Below are positions 52,469 through 64,000 of a DNA stretch of 64,000 nucleotides, in pieces; the stretch's first letter is position 1, and each line of letters opens with the position of its first letter. A program made the position numbers and the translations under genes. This DNA comes from Eledone cirrhosa (lineage: Eukaryota): contig OZ024740.1 in NCBI GenBank assembly GCA_964016885.1, forward strand, positions 229,710,001 through 229,774,000, given 5' to 3'. The notes under the pieces were generated by a model, which saw nothing but the letters and a program-made list of their open reading frames with translations, did not search any database and was not told where the DNA came from.

Positions 52469-52839
52469 CAGATTGAAATATGTAACAGCACTGATCTAGG
52501 GGACAAACTCAAAACAGTCGTTCAACTTGCTAGAAAAAGCGATTGAAATTCCCTTCAAATTGCATCAGATCGTCTTATAAAGCAAACTATACATTAGATA
52601 ATGTAGTCCAAGATTAGTGGGTCCCAAGATTTTAACCACCAATGAATTTTCCTACAATATGCGTAAAAGAGGTGCGGGATCTTTACCTATGGCAGTGATG
52701 CTACAATTTTTAAAACCGCAGGCAGCTACCATAACCTGACATAAATTTGAATAAATTCATATAGCATTTATGAAACAACCTCTCGATCTTTACACCTATA
52801 TATTGTCTATATTGGCTTGATTATATATGACTCTAACAT

Positions 52840-53235
52840 ATATAAGAACTTAATATACGGATGTAGAGTAAACCCCCCCCCCCCCCCCCCCCCCAACTCT
52901 GAGCACCTTTACATAGGAGCCACATCAACGAGCTTCAAAGACCGATGGTATAGCCATCGCCATTCCTTTAATAGGAAGGACAAAAAGGAAAAGTACGGCT
53001 CTTTCCGAACTGATCTGGAAGCTCAAGCTGGACAGGACCCCGTACTCTCTGGCCTGGTCCAAAATCAGGAAAGTACCACCTGATAGAGGGGGATCTGGTA
53101 TCTGCAAACTATGTTTGAGCGAGACCCTCGAGATACTCAGCGATGGAAGCAACCTAATAAACCTCAGGACTGACTTCTTCGGTACATCTAGACACCTCAG
53201 GGCCGGTACCTTCCTCAAGCTATATGGACAATAAC
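52840..53235 (+). mobile_element. Second Naiad-type PLE GIY-YIG fragment, frameshifted
   Basis: NLIYGCRV..LYIGATSTSFKDRWYSH..SF, then in another frame STALSELIWKLK..AWS..CKLCLSETLEIL..LINLR..RH. Confidence 0.85.
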
Positions 53236-53440
53236 AACACATTGGGATGGGAACTTCCCTCAAGCTATAGGGACAGTAGCCCCGCCACACCGAGCCCAAG
53301 GTAAACCACCCCCTACACTCTCACCACCCCTACTCCTGCCTCGATCGACTCCTATAGCAACGCATACTTATACATATGTCCATACATAGATACTGTTGTT
53401 TAAAATTATACATACATAGATACTTACATGTATGTGTGTG

Positions 53441-53517
<77 letters not shown>

Positions 53518-54361
53518 GGAATGCACCTGAGCCTGTGTTTGTGCGTGTGTGCTTGCAACGATGTGCGTTGACATACACGCATATACACTTTATGCCGAAA
53601 TATGAACTGTAGTCCTTTGCATTTCCGGATTCTGACACTCAGGTTTTTGGTGTTTTACACTCCACTTTTATCTCATTTGCTCTTAAAACGCACCACACCA
53701 TGATAATGTAAGAATTGTAATTCTTAACACTTCTCGATTCTGACACACAGGTTTTCTACTTCAGTTAATATTTTTCAAATCTTTCAAATTTTGATATTGG
53801 TTGTAACACACACGCATTTTTTATTTGTTTATTTGTTTGGCACCCCCCTCCTCACCACCACCACCACGTGAAATGGTGGCAGGATAGATACCAACCTACA
53901 CACAAATTCTTCTGAACATAGCAGCAGCACACTAAAGCTGACCTGCCAGCTGACCCCTTAACACCACAACCACTACCACCACAATGGAGGAGGTCAGCTG
54001 TACTTAAACAAAAACAACAACAGATTGTCTTGCCTCAGAAAAATTTCTATAGACTTTTGACTGACGAATGTTCTCACAACTGACCGATGGGATGCGAGAG
54101 TGTCCTATGACGCCGAAATTCGTTTGTTCTAACTCATATGATTCCAGTTCCTCAGAGAAATAACAACACAACCAGGAGCTGCACATATCGATTTATTGAC
54201 GGAGTAAAACACACTTCAACAACATGTGTACCTGTCTTTCCCACACCAATTCGGAGTGCCTGGATGGCTGTCACCGAAATATATATAGCAGTATATCTAT
54301 AATTTATAATAAACGAAGCCAAATTTTACATATTTGACTTAATTATTATATATATATATAT

Positions 54362-55755
54362 ATCCTTCTCCTCCCCCCTCCTTATCACACGCACAAACCC
54401 ACCGGCACATATATACACGCGCTCACACTAAACACACACCCTACTACCACCACTAACCCTCACCCCCACACATCCATCCCACTACCCCGCAACTAACATC
54501 ACTAACACCCCCCGACCCCAAGCACATGAACACACGCACCCACTTACACCACCCACCCCACACGCAACTAACATCACTAACACCCCCCAACCCCACGCAC
54601 ACGTACCCACACACCCTCGTACACCACCAACTCTACACACCCTACCACCACTAACCCCCACTCACACCTGCATTCAACCCTTTCTCCACCTCTCGTATAC
54701 TAACACCCACTAACACCCTCTTCATCAAACTACACACACACACACCAGTACACCACACTCACTCCCTCCATCGACCCCCACACCCTTCTCTCCCCGCTCC
54801 ACCCACACCCTTTCTCCACACTCACTCATCCCACTAACACCTCTACTAATACAACCCCCTCCTCACTCCAACTTTCACACCTACCCATCCTCGCCCCTCT
54901 ACCATTCCACCCGACTGCTGCTATGCCCTCTGACCACCTCCCAGCACACACAGACACACAACACTCCTACCGCCTTGATCACTTCCTGTTGCGCGCGCAC
55001 CCCACATCTCTCCTCTTCCGACCATATCTCCATGGATTACTCGTATGTGGAGCTTGACCGCGGAATCAACTACCATCCTAGGAATTTACCAACATTTCAA
55101 CCATCCTCTTACACCATCACCTATATAACTCACCCACACACACACCCCCAAAATTTTTTTTTCCCACACGCCACCTACACCCACAACACGCTTAAACCCC
55201 ACACACACGTGCTTTCCACCACATATTTACACCTTCAGCCTCCGGATTCCTCTCCCCCCACCCCTCTATCCACACACGCACACACACTCCGACCTACATC
55301 CCACCCCACACACACCTCTTCCTGAACATGCAACCCCGTTCTTCCTCCAACCCTTGCTTTCACATACACACACACACACACACGTACACCTACACACACA
55401 CCACCACCTTCAGCCTTCCCCGCTCGGACACCCCGTCTCCCTCTCCCCACTCCACCCGCCACCACCCCTACACACCCCACACCCTTCCACCACCTGTTTT
55501 ACCCCATTTTAATTTTATTTTATTTTGATCATGCTTTTATTTTTAATTTCATTCGCACCGTTTCCTCCCACCCCCTTTTCGCTATGTCTCTCCACCACTC
55601 CCCTACACACCCTTTGAACTCTCTTCCCACACACTTTTCACCTGAAGAAGGGCTTATGCCCGAAACGTCGTTCCCCACCACCACCCCACTCTCCAGAGCG
55701 TGAAATTAATAAACATTTGTTGTACTGCCTCTCTGTTTTGTTCAAATTTTCCATT
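54362..55755 (+). mobile_element. Probable PLE 3' region (C/A-rich UTR) ending in a hammerhead and poly(A) signal
   Basis: (TA)n-flanked; hammerhead at 55642; AATAAA at 55708. No convincing coding motif. Confidence 0.5.
55635..55675 (+). ncRNA. Minimal hammerhead motif
   Basis: CTGAAGA-AGGGC TTAT GCCC-GAAACGTC; palindromic stem III ACGT and GUC triplet. Confidence 0.7.
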
Positions 55756-56013
55756 ATATTTATATATATATATATATATGTCTGATGGTAGCTAAGACGC
55801 GTCCATAGGCGGTATGCCGGTTGAGGACTCTATGCTCTTACAGAGCAGAGTATGATAGAATAGAAAACGAAAAATCAGTGATGCATCTGAATTCAATTTA
55901 TTGTGTTACAACTACATAAACAGAGAAAGCTATTAGCGATACTCCGACGCTAATATATATATATTTGTGTGCGTGTATTGAATGTGTGTATAATGCATGT
56001 ACGTATTTATGTA

Positions 56014-56172
56014 GGCGGTGAATTGGCAGAGTCGTTAGAACGTCGGGTACAATGTTTTGTAGTATTGGTTTCGGCTCTCTGCTCTCTCAGTTCAAATCTC
56101 GCTGAGGTCAACTTTGCATTTCATCCATTCAAGATCGATAAAAAAAAAATACCAGTCTAGTACTGGGGTCGA
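56014..56172 (+). mobile_element. tRNA-derived SINE
   Basis: GGCGGTGAATTGGCAGAGTCGTTAG..AGTTCAAATCTC..CTTTGCATTTCATCC. Confidence 0.82.
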
Positions 56173-56400
56173 TTCTATATCTCTTTCTCACTTCCATTCC
56201 TCCATTCTCCATCCTTCTCTGGAGAGGATTGGGCTCTGCCAGATTTTAAAATGCTGAAGAAACACCGTATGTCAATACGGCGCACCTATGACTCCACCAG
56301 TAGTTATGGCGCTATTCATCATGTATGTATGGATGTTTGCATGTATGTGTGTATGTATGTATGTATGGATGTTTGCATGTACGTGTGTATGTATGTATGT

Positions 56401-58781
56401 TTTCTCTTTCTCTTAATTTCGAGTATATTTTTTGACCGGCCACCTTCCTGGTGGCAAGGTTGTAAAAGAAAAGAAATTGTCATTCCTTGAATCGCAAGAA
56501 TGTTTTGTAAATTTTGAAGGTGCCAGCTATCGCAGCCATTTGTAGACTATGAATTAGGGAGCTGCGCTCTTTGTCCGCACATCCAAGTTCGGTCATACTT
56601 TGGTCCAAGCGGGTTGGTATATAACCCGTAGCACCAATAATGATGGGTATGAAGCTAAAGGTGTATCTTGGATACTGGATTTGTAAACTCCTCATCAATG
56701 GTCCGTAGATGTCCTCCTTCTCCTGTATTTTTCTGACAACGTTTACATCAAGTGGGCAGCTGATCTCCACAACAGAACACGTTTTCAATGTGTGGTCCCA
56801 AACAACAATATCAGGCCGGTTGTGCTTTAATTTGGTGGCAGTTTTTATTTTCAGGTTCCACCAGTATTCTTTAGTGCCATCTGTCTCAATATATTCTTCC
56901 TCGTTTGTTGTTAATTTTGTTTTCCGAAGTGCGTTCCAGATGGTTCTAGCTATCCCATCGTATCTCATGGGGAGGTAGTAGCGAGATGACATTCTTTCGC
57001 AGCTGGCAACAATGTGGCTTACATCCTCGATCTTTGTTTTACATAGCCTACATTTATTGTCAGCTGCTGGCCCTCCTCTTTTGTGCAGCAGATATTTGGT
57101 AGGGAGTTCTTGTTCCTGTATTGCATAGAGATATCCCTCAAGGTGTGATGTCATAAACTTGTCGGAACTCCATGCCAGGCTTTTTGAGTGGTTTATCCCC
57201 TTTATGGTCTGTGTTTTACGCCTCAAGTATCCATGCACAACTTTCTCTGTAAATTGGTCAATTTTTTTTTCTTGTTTGAACATTGAATAGGATCTTCCGA
57301 TTTCTCTGGGTGAGAGATTTATATCAGGCTTTATTCCATATCTCTCCTCCAGATCAGTCGCTATTCTAATGATATTTCTTTTTTCATGCTCATAAACCTG
57401 AGCAAGATGGTCGCCAAGCTTTTTCCTCTGTTGAAGGTGTTGCTTCAGTGTTACTATCCGGGTCTCATATGTTGTTAATATTGATTTTAGACCCCGGCCA
57501 CCTTCCTTGCGTGAGAAGTATAGCCTATCCACATCACCATTGATGTTAAAGTTCCCAGTAACACTGAGAAGTTTTCGAGTTCTAACATCCATCTCACTTA
57601 GTTCTTGCAATGACCAGTTCAGTAGTCCAAATGTTGGCGTTAGAATTGGCACAGCATAGGTATTGTGGGCAATGTATTTGTTGTATGCTGACAGTTCTGA
57701 TGACCATATTTTTTTTACTCTTCTGAGGTATTCAGTTCTGGTTCTCTCCTTATTTATGGGTCCATCATATCTGACATTCTCATCCTGTCCAAGATATCTG
57801 TAGTTGTCACCTGACTGCAGAGGTTGTATTGTCAGGCCGTTCATCTCTAGATTTCTAGAGGAGGGCACAGCTCTTCCACGTTTTACTGCCAAATATGCAC
57901 ACGTGGACTCACCAAATTTCATTTTGATGTCGGTTGAAAATTGTGTAATGAGGTCCAATTGTTTCTTGATGTCATTGATATTTGGCCCATACAACTTCAG
58001 GTCATCAACAAAGAAAAGATGGGAGATACTTCTTGGCCCACTTCTTTGTCCACCTTGTTTCCTGAGTAGGTAAGATAGTGGATTCAGTGAGAGAACGAAG
58101 AGTAGTACTGACAAGCTATCACCCTGAAAGATGCCCTTCTGGTAATGTATCCTATCAGTCTTAACCTGCTCCTTCTCACCTCTAAGGATCAAATTGGTGT
58201 ACCAGTTCTTGGTCAGGCGTTCAACAGCAGCTACTAATGGTTGTGGGACTTTAGCTAACTGTAAAGCCTTAATAATCCACCCATGAGGTACACTATCAAA
58301 TGCTTTTTGATAGTCCAGCCACACGACAGTCATGTTTCTGCGATTCTTTGTTGTTTTTTCCTGAATCATTTTGTTAGTTAGTAGGTGATCTATGCAACCC
58401 CACACCTCCCTCTTTCCACCAGCTTGCTCAGGTGTTATGATGTTGTTGGTAGCACAGTGATCCTGTAAGAACAGGTTAAGGCACCCAGTATATAATTTAT
58501 ACATGATGTTTTGGCAGGCAATTGGGCGGTAATTTTTAGCAAGGGTGGTTTGGCTATTTTTGGGAATGAGGAGAGTAGTGGCAGTTGATAACCATCTGGG
58601 CAGTTCTTGTGTGCCCTTAATGGTTTCTGTAAACAGCCGTATGAGATCTTGCCGATAGAAAGTGAAATTCTTCAACCAGTATCCTGTAATGAGGTCTGGG
58701 CCTGGCGATTTCCTATTCGACATTTTCTGTAGAGCTGTTTCCAGTATTGACCCATCTATGTCATATTGTTTTGTCTGGACA
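56401..58781 (-). mobile_element. R4/Dong-clade non-LTR retrotransposon, 5'-truncated, with an open RT-CCHC-RLE frame
   Basis: ORF 56480-58723 (747 aa): KSPGPD, NYRPIAC, WLDYQKAFDSVPH, GIFQGDSLS, HLFFVDDLKLY, YRYLG, GGRGL, CRLC..HIVASC, KHNRPDIVVWD..VVEISCP..KEDIY. (ATGT)n on both sides. Confidence 0.95.
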
Positions 58782-61700
58782 TGTATGTATGTATGTATGT
58801 ATGTATGTATGTATGTATGTATGTATGTATGTATGTATGTATGTATGTATGCATGTATGTGTGTATGTATGTATGGATATTTGCATGTATGTGTGTATGT
58901 ATGTATCTATGGATGTTTGCATGTATGCATGTATGTGTGTATGTATGTATGGATGGATGTTTGCATGTATGTGTGTATATATGTATGTATGGATGTGTGC
59001 ATGTATGTGTGTATGTATGTATGTATGGATGGATGTTTGCATGTATGTTTGTATGTATGTATGTATGTATGGATGTCTGCATGTATGTGTGTATGTATGT
59101 ATGTATGTATGTATGCATGTATGTGTGTATGTATGTATGTATGTATGTATGTATGTATGTATGTATGTATGTATGTATGTATGCATGTATGTGTGTATGT
59201 ATGTATGTATGGATGTTTGCATGTATGTATGCATGTATGTGTGTATGTATGTATGTATGTATGTATGTATGTATGTATGTATGTATGCATGTATGTGTGT
59301 ATGTATGTATGTATGGATGTTTGCATGTATGTATGTGTGTATGTGTGTATGGATGTTTGCATGTATATTTGTATGTATGTATGTATGTATGGATGTTTGC
59401 ATGTATCTATGTGCGTATGTATGTATGGATGTTTGCATGTATGTATGTGTGTATGTATGTATGGATGTTTGCATGTATGCGTGTATGTATGTATGTGTGG
59501 ATGTTTGCATGTATGTGTGTATGTATGTATGTATGGATGTTTGCATGTATGTTTGTATGTATGTATGTATGTATGTATGTATGTATGCATGTATGTATGT
59601 TTGCATGTATGTGTGTATGTATGTATGTATGTGTGTATGTATGTATGTATGTATGTATGTATGTATGTTTGCATGTATGTATGTGTGTATGTATGTATGT
59701 ATGTATGTATGTTTGCATGTATGTGTGTATGTATGTATGTACGTATGTGTGTATGTATGTATGTGTGTGTGTATGTATGGATGTGTGCATGTATGTGTGT
59801 ATGTATGTATGTATGTGTGGATGTTTGCATGTATGTGTGTATGTATGTATGTATGGATGTTTGCATGTATGTGTGTATGTATGTATGTATGTGTGTATGT
59901 ATGTATGTATGTATGTATGTATGTATGTATGTTTGCATGTATGTATGTGTGTATGTATGTATGTATGTTTGCATGTATGTGTGTATGTATGTATGTATGT
60001 ATGTATGTATGTATGTATGTATGTATGTATGTATGTGTGTGTGTATGTATGGATGTTTGCATGTATGTGTGTATGTATGTATGTATGGATGTTTGCATGT
60101 ATGTGTGTATGTATGTATGTATGTGTGGATGTTTGCATGTATGTGTGTATGTATGTATGTATGTATGTATGTATGTATGTATGTATGTATGTATGTATGT
60201 ATGTATGTATGTATGTATGTATGCATGTATGTGTGTATGTATGTATGGATATTTGCATGTATGTGTGTATGTATGTATCTATGGATGTTTGCATGTATGC
60301 ATGTATGTGTGTATGTATGTATGGATGGATGTTTGCATGTATGTGTGTATATATGTATGTATGGATGTGTGCATGTATGTGTGTATGTATGTATGTATGT
60401 ATGGATGTTTGCATGTATGTTTGTATGTATGTATGTATGTATGGATGTCTGCATGTATGTGTGTATGTATGTATGTATGTATGTATGCATGTATGTGTGT
60501 ATGTATGTATGTATGTATGTATGTATGTATGTATGTATGTATGTATGCATGTATGTGTGTATGTATGTATGTATGGATGTTTGCATGTATGTATGCATGT
60601 ATGTGTGTATGTATGTATGTATGTATGTATGTATGTATGTATGTATGTATGCATGTATGTGTGTATGTATGTATGTATGGATGTTTGCATGTATGTATGT
60701 GTGTATGTGTGTATGGATGTTTGCATGTATATTTGTATGTATGTATGTATGTATGGATGTTTGCATGTATCTATGTGCGTATGTATGTATGGATGTTTGC
60801 ATGTATGTATGTGTGTATGTATGTATGGATGTTTGCATGTATGCGTGTATGTATGTATGTGTGGATGTTTGCATGTATGTGTGTATGTATGTATGTATGG
60901 ATGTTTGCATGTATGTTTGTATGTATGTATGTATGTATGTATGTATGTATGCATGTATGTATGTTTGCATGTATGTGTGTATGTATGTATGTATGTGTGT
61001 ATGTATGTATGTATGTATGTATGTATGTTTGCATGTATGTATGTGTGTATGTATGTATGTATGTATGTATGTTTGCATGTATGTGTGTATGTATGTATGT
61101 ACGTATGTGTGTATGTATGTATGTGTGTGTGTATGTATGGATGTGTGCATGTATGTGTGTATGTATGTATGTATGTGTGGATGTTTGCATGTATGTGTGT
61201 ATGTATGTATGTATGGATGTTTGCATGTATGTGTGTATGTATGTATGTATGTGTGTATGTATGTATGTATGTATGTATGTATGTATGTATGTTTGCATGT
61301 ATGTATGTGTGTATGTATGTATGTATGTTTGCATGTATGTGTGTATGTATGTATGTATGTATGTATGTATGTATGTATGTATGTATGTATGTATGTGTGT
61401 GTGTATGTATGGATGTTTGCATGTATGTGTGTATGTATGTATGTATGGATGTTTGCATGTATGTGTGTATGTATGTATGTATGTGTGGATGTTTGCATGT
61501 ATGTGTGTATGTATGTATGTATGTATGTATGTATGTATGTATGTATGTATGTATGGATGGATGTTTGCATGTATGTGTGTATGTATGTATGTATGTATGT
61601 ATGTATGTATGTATGTATGTATGTATGTATGTATGTATGGATGTTTGCATGTATGTGTGTATGTATGTATGTATGGATGTTTGCATGTACGTGTGTATGT

Positions 61701-62147
61701 ATGTATGTATGGATGTTTGCATGTACGTGTGTATGTATGTGTGGATGTTTGCATGTACGTGTGTATGTATGTATGTGTGGATGTTTGCATGTACGTGTGT
61801 ATGTATGTATGGATGGATGTTTGCATGTATGTGTGTATGTATGTATGTATGTGTGGATGTTTGCTTGTATGTGTGTATGTATGTATGTATGGATGTTTGC
61901 ATGTATGTGTGTATGTATGTATGTATGTATGGATGTTTGCATGTATGTGTGTATGTATGTATGGATGGATGTTTGCATGTATGTGTGTATGTATGTATGT
62001 ATGTGTGGATGTTTGCATGTATGTGTGTATGTATGTATGTATGGATGTTTGCATGTATGTGTGTATGTATGTATGTATGTATGGATGTTTGCATGTATGT
62101 GTGTATGTATGTATGTATGGTTGTTTGCATGTATGTGTGTATGTATG
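58782..62147. repeat. 3.4-kb (ATGT)n satellite with GGATGTTTGC interruptions and an approximately 1.37-kb internal duplication
   Basis: Rare variants recur in order: GGATATTTGC at about 58875 and 60247, GGATGTCTGC at about 59071 and 60443, ACGTATG at 59741 and 61101. Confidence 0.95.
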
Positions 62148-62683
62148 TTCCTCTTGTTTTATAATTTTATAAATGTTTACCAATGGAGAGAGAGAGTCGG
62201 TTTCTAACATAGACACAAGACTCTCTCATTGGAATTTACACAACATCAACTAGGTAGATATGTCTGCATGTTTGCATGCATGCATGCATGTGTAGATATG
62301 GATGTTATTGTATGTGTGGATGTGTATGTTTTGAGTTATATGTGTGCATGTGCATATGCTTTGTATCTGTACATGTGTATATGCAGTTATTAGATGCAAA
62401 ATGTTTGGAATATGTTGATATGTTAGCCCAACGATCTCCTTCTCTACCCACCTCTCTATTTATTCCTCTCTCGTAAAAAAAAAATATAATGAAAAGAACA
62501 AAAAAAACTTATTTTCTAATTATCTCCTCGAATTATATTTGTTTTAGTTATTAAGGTAACAAATTTAACTTAATTAAACATAATTACAATAATTTGAGGA
62601 GGAGGGATAGGGGAGGAGGAGGAGGGAGTGTGGAGGAGGAGGAGGGGGAGGAATGGGGGGGGGGAGAAGGACTATGAGGAAGC

Positions 62684-62719
<36 letters not shown>

Positions 62720-62779
62720 ATCAATTCCGTAAAAATATCTAAAAGCAACAATTATCTGGGTTACTGTATATATATATAT

Positions 62780-62968
62780 AATTGTTTCTACTTTGGGCAC
62801 AAGGCCAGCAATTACCCAGTACATTACTGGTACTTTATTTTATCGACCCTGTAAGGATGAAAGGCAAAGTTAACCTCGGCGGGATTTGAACTCAGAATGG
62901 CAAGGGCAGTAACTCTATGCGTCAAAGCATGGCGTCCGACCCTCTACTGATACTGCCAATCCACAACC
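62780..62968 (-). mobile_element. tRNA-derived SINE
   Basis: Reverse complement of the 46543 family; probable TSD ACTGT(A/T)TATATATATATA. Confidence 0.88.
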
Positions 62969-63094
62969 CTCACTGTTTATATATATATAGCCAACATGTT
63001 TGAAATATAGTGGTGGATTAATGATTATACATCATCTATAATCTACTACATGAAACTCTAGGTGCAGGTACCGGAATAAACTTTACATTATATG

Positions 63095-63220
<126 letters not shown>

Positions 63221-63378
63221 CGAAACATAAGTCAATTGCATGAAATCATAATCCTTATATATATATATTATATATATGTGTCCCTACATGTAATTAATAC
63301 ACACAGAGATACAAGTGTAGTCCGACCATATGCCAGTGTGGTTCAATGGCAAGTTAATAAATTAACAAGCCAGAACAT

Positions 63379-63473
63379 ATAATATCAAGGGAGTGTGTAT
63401 AAACACAGAAAATATCTTAAAAAATAATAATTAAATTAAAAAAATATTTTCTGTGTTTATACACACTCCCTTG

Positions 63474-63478
<5 letters not shown>
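63379..63478. repeat. Short fold-back next to (TA)n
   Basis: ATCAAGGGAGTGTGTATAAACACAGAAAATAT versus ATATTTTCTGTGTTTATACACACTCCCTTGAT. Confidence 0.85.
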
Positions 63479-63526
<48 letters not shown>

Positions 63527-63530
<4 letters not shown>

Positions 63531-64000
63531 ATAATAATAAATTTGAAGACTAAAATCCAAAGAGGGCTCGATAAGGATAAATATATATCAAATATATAAG
63601 AACCGTATGCGTTTACAGATTGACTTTGTTAGTTTCAAAAGAAGATCCCGTTAAGGGTGAAAGCAGCGATTCTTTGCTTAAACTTTAATCTGTTATTTTA
63701 ATAAATATTTGCTCTACGGTTCTTATATATTTGATATATATTTACCCTTATCGAGCCCTCTTTGGATTTTAGTCTTCAAATTTATTATTATTACTATTTG
63801 GCTCCCTCGGTTGAACACACTACTGACTTATATTCATCATGCAGAAACAACATCTGAATATTTCTACAAAGAACATACCCGTACCAAGCAGGAAAACATA
63901 CCTAAAACTCCTGATACAGAAAACAGACGCGTTCGTTAAAAGGTTGCGTTGGCGTGCCTTTTATTTCGATAATCCGCGAAAAGCAGATAACAAACAGGAT
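63527..64000 (+). mobile_element. 5' end of a Naiad-type PLE: fold-back pLTR plus ORF start
   Basis: Inverted arms 63527-63606 and 63714-63796 enclose a copy of the 45815-45908 terminus. The ORF follows at 63839. Confidence 0.8.
63839..64000 (+). CDS. PLE polyprotein N-terminus (runs off the window; absent from the ORF track)
   Basis: MQKQHLNISTKNIPVPSRKTYLKLLIQKTDAFVKRLRWRAFYFDNPRKADNKQD, with the S.KNIP.PS..Y...LI.K...F.KR.RW.A..F motif of Naiad-type PLE ORFs. Confidence 0.8.
   Translation, partial: MQKQHLNISTKNIPVPSRKTYLKLLIQKTDAFVKRLRWRAFYFDNPRKADNKQD

Noticed and set aside
58662-62216. 900-1180 aa MYVC/HTYI ORFs
   Set aside because: (ATGT)n contains no stop codon in any frame; this is a satellite artefact.

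Overview
This is eukaryotic, extremely repeat-dense DNA. The SINE families and (TA)n/(CA)n/(ATGT)n microsatellite load look like an octopus/coleoid cephalopod genome, which is recognition rather than proof. No host protein-coding gene can be supported, and most long ORFs in the track are translations of simple repeats. The window holds a decayed Tx1/L1-clade LINE (1-3350), a near-full-length RTE LINE (40113-43422) plus two short copies with inverted 5' parts, two R4/Dong-type RLE retrotransposon copies in (CATA)n, and a CRE-type fragment. It also holds non-autonomous bipartite RTE derivatives, several Naiad-type Penelope-like element (PLE) pieces, many tRNA-derived SINEs and a mariner-type MITE. 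The most notable signals are: (1) about ten hammerhead-ribozyme motifs, several inside short fold-back palindromes inserted in (TA)n and one inside a 466-nt retrozyme-like unit; (2) apparent partitioning of microsatellite targets between retroelement clades; (3) two twin-priming-type inversions of an RTE, one capturing 17 nt from 3 kb upstream in the element RNA.
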